A stretch of DNA of 30,204 bases. Origin: a virus (lineage: Duplodnaviria; Heunggongvirae; Uroviricota; Caudoviricetes). The notes beneath the pieces were generated by a model that searched no databases, was not told where the DNA came from, and saw nothing but the letters and a program-made list of their open reading frames with translations. Positions 26,330 to 30,204 of this stretch are shown here, in pieces. The DNA lies in IMG/VR virus record IMGVR_UViG_3300045988_156735. One strand, 5' to 3'. The stretch's first letter is position 1; each line of letters begins with the position of its first letter. The position numbers were made by a program, and so were the translations under genes.

Positions 26330-26793
26330 TTGTGGGTATGCTTGGTACAATGCCTTTTGTTGCCTCATCAATAGTGGTGAATACGTTCAACAATTTTAAA
26401 AGGACGTCAAAGCGTCGTGTAGCGCGCCATGATGTTATTGGGCTTAAACCTGTTCTGGAGGATATAGGTCCAGATCTGGATGAAGTTAGTTTTAATATGC
26501 GGTTGGATACAACACTTGGCATTGTTCCATTGGCTGCGCTTTCATTACTTAGGACAATGCAATCAATTCAGGAAGTAAATCCTGTTGTAATTGGTATTCA
26601 GTATTTTGGTAATTTTATAATTACAGATATAGAGGAATCATGGACTTATTTCGGTCCAACTGGGAATCCACGAGTGATTATCGTCGGCATTAAATTACAG
26701 GAAGTCGGACAGACCTCTCTGAAAGAAGCATTAGTTGATATTGCTGGCAATATAGAGTCAAAAACTAGAAGTGCGTTAGGTAAATTATTATGA
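26326..26793 (+). CDS. Hypothetical baseplate-region protein (155 aa)
   Basis: Translationally coupled between the V-like and W-like genes; no motif recognised. Confidence 0.45.
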   Translation: MIVGMLGTMPFVASSIVVNTFNNFKRTSKRRVARHDVIGLKPVLEDIGPDLDEVSFNMRLDTTLGIVPLAALSLLRTMQSIQEVNPVVIGIQYFGNFIITDIEESWTYFGPTGNPRVIIVGIKLQEVGQTSLKEALVDIAGNIESKTRSALGKLL

Positions 26794-27110
26794 ATAATAC
26801 GTTTACCATATCATCACCTTCTTACTCGATTGATTGGTCGCCCAAAACAGTTGTAGAAGAAGTTTTGCAAAATGTCTCTACTATTATTAATACTCAGATT
26901 GGCACTGTACCATATGCCAGAAAATTAGGAGTTAATTCAAGTCTTGTTGATAGCCCTAGCCCAATTTTTATTGCTACAGCAACACGAGAAATAATTCAAA
27001 AAATTAGTGAGTTTGAGCCTAGAGCGATTATCCATTCTGTTACTTTTGAAAGAACGGACGTTTCTGATGGTTTTATTAGGCCAAAACTTGTGATAGGAGT
27101 TAGAGAATGA
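26790..27110 (+). CDS. Baseplate wedge protein, P2 gpW / T4 gp25-like
   Basis: 106 aa; EEVLQNVSTIINTQIGTVPYARKLG matches the gp25/W pattern as I recall it. Confidence 0.65.
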   Translation: MNNTFTISSPSYSIDWSPKTVVEEVLQNVSTIINTQIGTVPYARKLGVNSSLVDSPSPIFIATATREIIQKISEFEPRAIIHSVTFERTDVSDGFIRPKLVIGVRE

Positions 27111-28231
27111 CGTTGCCGCGCGGTGGTTTGCCAGATATTACTTTCGCAGATTCTAACCCGACTGATATAACAACTCGTTCAATCAGGGCTTTTGAGAGTA
27201 TAACAGGTGAAACATTAGCACCTGCTGATCCACGTAGATTATTCATCTTGTCATTGTGTGAGATTATTATACAGCAAAGAAAAGCTATCGATTTTTCTGC
27301 AAAACAAAACCTTCTTACATATGGTGGGGGTGAATATCTCGACCATATAGGCTATCTGACGGATACGCCTAGGCTGGAAGCTCAATCTGCCTTGACTACA
27401 TTTGAGTTTAATCTGTCAACAAAATTATCGGGGATATATACAATACCTGCTGGCACTCAAATTTCAACTGGAAATAGTGTTATTTTCCAAACAGATGTTT
27501 TGTTGGAAATACCAGCTGGGAAAACAGTTGGTACAGTCTCAGGATATGCTGTTATACCTGGCTTATCGGGGAATGGATTTTTACCTGGGCAAATAAACGA
27601 GTTGGTGACTCCGTTGCCGTATGTTTCCAGCGTAAGGAATCTAACAACATCTAATTCTGGTGCTGATACAGAGTCAGATGATAATTATGCTGAAAGAATA
27701 AAACTGTCGCCGGAAAAACTGTCTACAGCAGGGCCGGAGGATTCTTATAAATATTGGACAAGAACAGCCAATCAGAATATAAAAGATGTGAATGTATATA
27801 CACCATCGCCCGGAACTGTAGAAATCCGTTCTTTGTTAGAGAACGGGGATATACCTTCTGATGAACTATTAGAGCAGATAAATAGCGTTCTCTCTGCAAC
27901 TAATATTCGACCATTCACAGATAAAGTTCTTGTTAAGAAACCAGAGAGCATTGAATACGATATAATAATTAAATACTGGATTAACTCATCGGAAAAAAAC
28001 AGAACAACGTTAATTCAAAGTGAGGTTGAGAAAGCTCTTGATGAGTATAAACAATGGCAACGTTCGGTTATGGGAAGAGATATAAATCCAGATGAAATTA
28101 TTCAACGTTTAAAAAATGCCGGGGCTAAAAGATTAGAAATATCAAGTCCTGTATTTACTGTAGTTGGAGAGACGCAGGTCGCCAGAGAGAGAAATATAAA
28201 TTGCCAGTATGCGGGGTTAGAGGATGGCTGA
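27107..28231 (+). CDS. Baseplate protein J-like
   Basis: 374 aa following the W-like gene with ATGA overlap; size and position typical of Baseplate_J. Confidence 0.7.
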   Translation: MTLPRGGLPDITFADSNPTDITTRSIRAFESITGETLAPADPRRLFILSLCEIIIQQRKAIDFSAKQNLLTYGGGEYLDHIGYLTDTPRLEAQSALTTFEFNLSTKLSGIYTIPAGTQISTGNSVIFQTDVLLEIPAGKTVGTVSGYAVIPGLSGNGFLPGQINELVTPLPYVSSVRNLTTSNSGADTESDDNYAERIKLSPEKLSTAGPEDSYKYWTRTANQNIKDVNVYTPSPGTVEIRSLLENGDIPSDELLEQINSVLSATNIRPFTDKVLVKKPESIEYDIIIKYWINSSEKNRTTLIQSEVEKALDEYKQWQRSVMGRDINPDEIIQRLKNAGAKRLEISSPVFTVVGETQVARERNINCQYAGLEDG

Positions 28232-28805
28232 TATCTTTAATGTTAGCTTGTTGGATGTTTTACCTCCTAACTTAGCTAGAGATCCCAACGTGATAGCTAT
28301 GTCGAAAGCTATTGATGATGAACTACAAGCAATTAACAATTTAATATATAAGACAGAAATATATAGCGTTGTTGATAACCTGGACTCAGTTGTTCTCGAT
28401 CATTTAGCTTGGCAATGGAATGCTGATACATGGAGGGATAGTTGGCCTGTATCGTTAAAGCGTTCTGTTTTTAAATCAATAATACGAACAAAGCGAATAA
28501 AGGGTACAAGGGCAGCGGTTGAAGATGTAGTAAATAGCTTGGGTGGAGAGGTAAACATAACAGAATGGTTTGAAACATCACCACCTGGCGAACCATATAC
28601 AGCCTCAATTGTTGCTTCGATTAACTCTTTTGATGGTGCCGTTCCTTCGAAAGAGATGTTGGAAGATACGTTAAGAAGTATCAAGAGCGCAAAGTCGGCA
28701 AGAACATTATTTACATTTTCGCAAGCAGCCAATGTTTCTGGTGGTGTCGGTATTGTTGGTGCTTGTCAGCCTGTGTCTTATGTACGATTAATTGGCGAGT
28801 GCTAA
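28224..28805 (+). CDS. Tail protein, P2 gpI-like
   Basis: 193 aa; N-terminus MADIFNVSLLDVLPPNLARDPNVIAMSKAID typical of P2 gpI-like proteins; precedes the fiber gene. Confidence 0.65.
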   Translation: MADIFNVSLLDVLPPNLARDPNVIAMSKAIDDELQAINNLIYKTEIYSVVDNLDSVVLDHLAWQWNADTWRDSWPVSLKRSVFKSIIRTKRIKGTRAAVEDVVNSLGGEVNITEWFETSPPGEPYTASIVASINSFDGAVPSKEMLEDTLRSIKSAKSARTLFTFSQAANVSGGVGIVGACQPVSYVRLIGEC

Positions 28806-28835
28806 TTCGCAATTTGTTAATTCAAGGAATTAAGC

Positions 28836-30204
28836 GTGAGTAAATTATTATTTACGATGACTGACGCCGGGCGTCAGGAGCTGGTTAATGCCAACAAAAC
28901 AGGAACAAATAAAGTTGAGATTGTTTCTGTTGGTTTAGGTAGTAGATATTATGTCACGTCAACTTCACAAACAAATATAACAAACGAAATAAAACGACTT
29001 ACCACAATAGGTGGCAAAGTTGTTTCCCCTGATACAATTCATGTAACGGCGAAGGATGATAGTAAAGATGAGTATGTTGTCCATACAATAGGATTGTATA
29101 CAAATAAGGGAACGTTGTTTGCTGTATACTCGCAAGAACAAGCAATAATAAATAAAGCATCATCTACTATTGCTTTAATATCAAGTGACATAGCAATCAA
29201 GACTCTTGATACTAAAAATATTACATTTGGTGATATTGAGTTTATTAATCCTCCCGCAACCGAAACTGTTGTTGGGGTTGCAAGATTTGCCAATGAACAA
29301 GAAATTGATGACGGTACAGATGATTCCCTTGCTGTTTCAGCAAAGCGGCTTAAGCAAGCCATTGTGAAACATGAACAATCACGTAATCATCCTGATGCAA
29401 CTTTAACCTCAAAAGGCTTTGTTCAACTTAGCAGCGCCACCAATAGCTCGTCTGAAACGCTTGCTGCGACGCCTAAGGCTGTTAAGGCAGCATATGACCT
29501 GGCTAATGGCAAATACACCGCACAGGACGCTACCACAGCGCGAAAAGGGATTGTTCAGCTCAGTAGTGCCACCAACAGCACGTCTGAAACGCTAGCAGCA
29601 ACACCAAAGGCTGTTAAGGCAGCGTATGATCTTGCGGCCGGAAAGGCTCCGTCCAATCACACGCATTCGTGGGAGCAGATAACAAATGTGCCTGTAGCTT
29701 CACTGACTGTAAGGGGAATAACTCAGCTCAGTAGTTCCACCAACAGCACGTCTGAAACACTGGCCGCGACATCGAAAGCGGTCAAGGCGGTAATGGATGA
29801 AACGAACAAGAAAGCGCCCTTAAACAGTCCTGCGTTGACCGGAACGCCAACAACGCCAACTGCGCGACAGGGAACGAATAATACCCAAATCGCAAGCACG
29901 GCTTTCGTTATGGCTGCGATCGCTGCCCTCGTGGACTCGTCACCTGACGCACTGAATACGCTGAACGAGTTAGCGGCGGCGCTGGGAAACGACCCGAATT
30001 TTGCGACCACCATGACTAACGCGCTTGCGGGTAAGCAACCGAAAGATGCCACCCTGACGGCGCTGGCCGGGCTTGCTACTGCGGCAGACAAGTTTCCGTA
30101 TTTTACGGGGAATGATGTCGCCAGCCTGGCACCCCTGACAAAAGTCGGGCGGGATATTCTTGCGAAATCGACCGTTGCTGCCGTTATCGAATACCTCGGT
30201 TTAC
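28836..30204 (+). CDS. Tail fiber protein, P2 gpH-like N-terminal part (3-prime end beyond the window)
   Basis: GTG 28836 with AAGGA 7 nt upstream; three copies of the fiber repeat (G/L)(I/F)(V/T)QLSS(A/S)TNS(T/S)SETLAAT(P/S)KAVKA; NSPALTGTPTTPTARQGTNNTQIASTAFV collar-like segment; no stop before 30204. Confidence 0.8.
   Translation, partial: MSKLLFTMTDAGRQELVNANKTGTNKVEIVSVGLGSRYYVTSTSQTNITNEIKRLTTIGGKVVSPDTIHVTAKDDSKDEYVVHTIGLYTNKGTLFAVYSQEQAIINKASSTIALISSDIAIKTLDTKNITFGDIEFINPPATETVVGVARFANEQEIDDGTDDSLAVSAKRLKQAIVKHEQSRNHPDATLTSKGFVQLSSATNSSSETLAATPKAVKAAYDLANGKYTAQDATTARKGIVQLSSATNSTSETLAATPKAVKAAYDLAAGKAPSNHTHSWEQITNVPVASLTVRGITQLSSSTNSTSETLAATSKAVKAVMDETNKKAPLNSPALTGTPTTPTARQGTNNTQIASTAFVMAAIAALVDSSPDALNTLNELAAALGNDPNFATTMTNALAGKQPKDATLTALAGLATAADKFPYFTGNDVASLAPLTKVGRDILAKSTVAAVIEYLGL
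29416..29805 (+). repeat. Three imperfect tandem repeats of about 90 bp inside the tail fiber gene
   Basis: Units beginning 29416, 29539 and 29713 share (c/t)agcag(c/t)(g/t)ccaccaa(t/c)agc(t/a)cgtctgaaac(g/a)ct(t/a/g)gc(t/a/c)gc(g/a)ac(g/a). Confidence 0.7.

Overview
The window reads as about 30 kb of a temperate phage or prophage of an enterobacterial host, with every credible gene on the + strand. In order: (1) the tail end of an early/nin-like block (1-1744); (2) a structured late leader with an intrinsic terminator, then a lysis cassette of two membrane proteins, a GH108-type endolysin and overlapped Rz/Rz1-like spanins (1900-3730); (3) an accessory region (3731-10415) holding a CAU-anticodon tRNA, an MT-A70-type adenine methyltransferase, several small unrecognised ORFs separated by intrinsic terminators, and a tightly coupled three-gene module built around ParB-like N-terminal domains, one fused to a SAM-methyltransferase-like domain; (4) a packaging and lambda-type head module (second ParB-like paralog, small and GpA-type large terminase, gpW-like, portal, ClpP-like protease/scaffold, decoration protein, gpE-like major capsid; 10416-17755); (5) a P2/Mu-type contractile tail module (sheath, tube, chaperone with a TTTTTTG -1 frameshift site, tape measure, X/D/V/W/J/I baseplate proteins and a P2 gpH-like tail fiber that runs off the window end). 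The best candidate for an undescribed system is the ParB-like / ParB-methyltransferase-like / 239-aa module at 7126-9858 together with the repeat-rich AT-rich spacer at 9859-10415; the small-ORF cassettes at 4984-6891 are secondary candidates. All calls come from reading the sequence and translations and from remembered family motifs; no database search was run, so family names are hypotheses.
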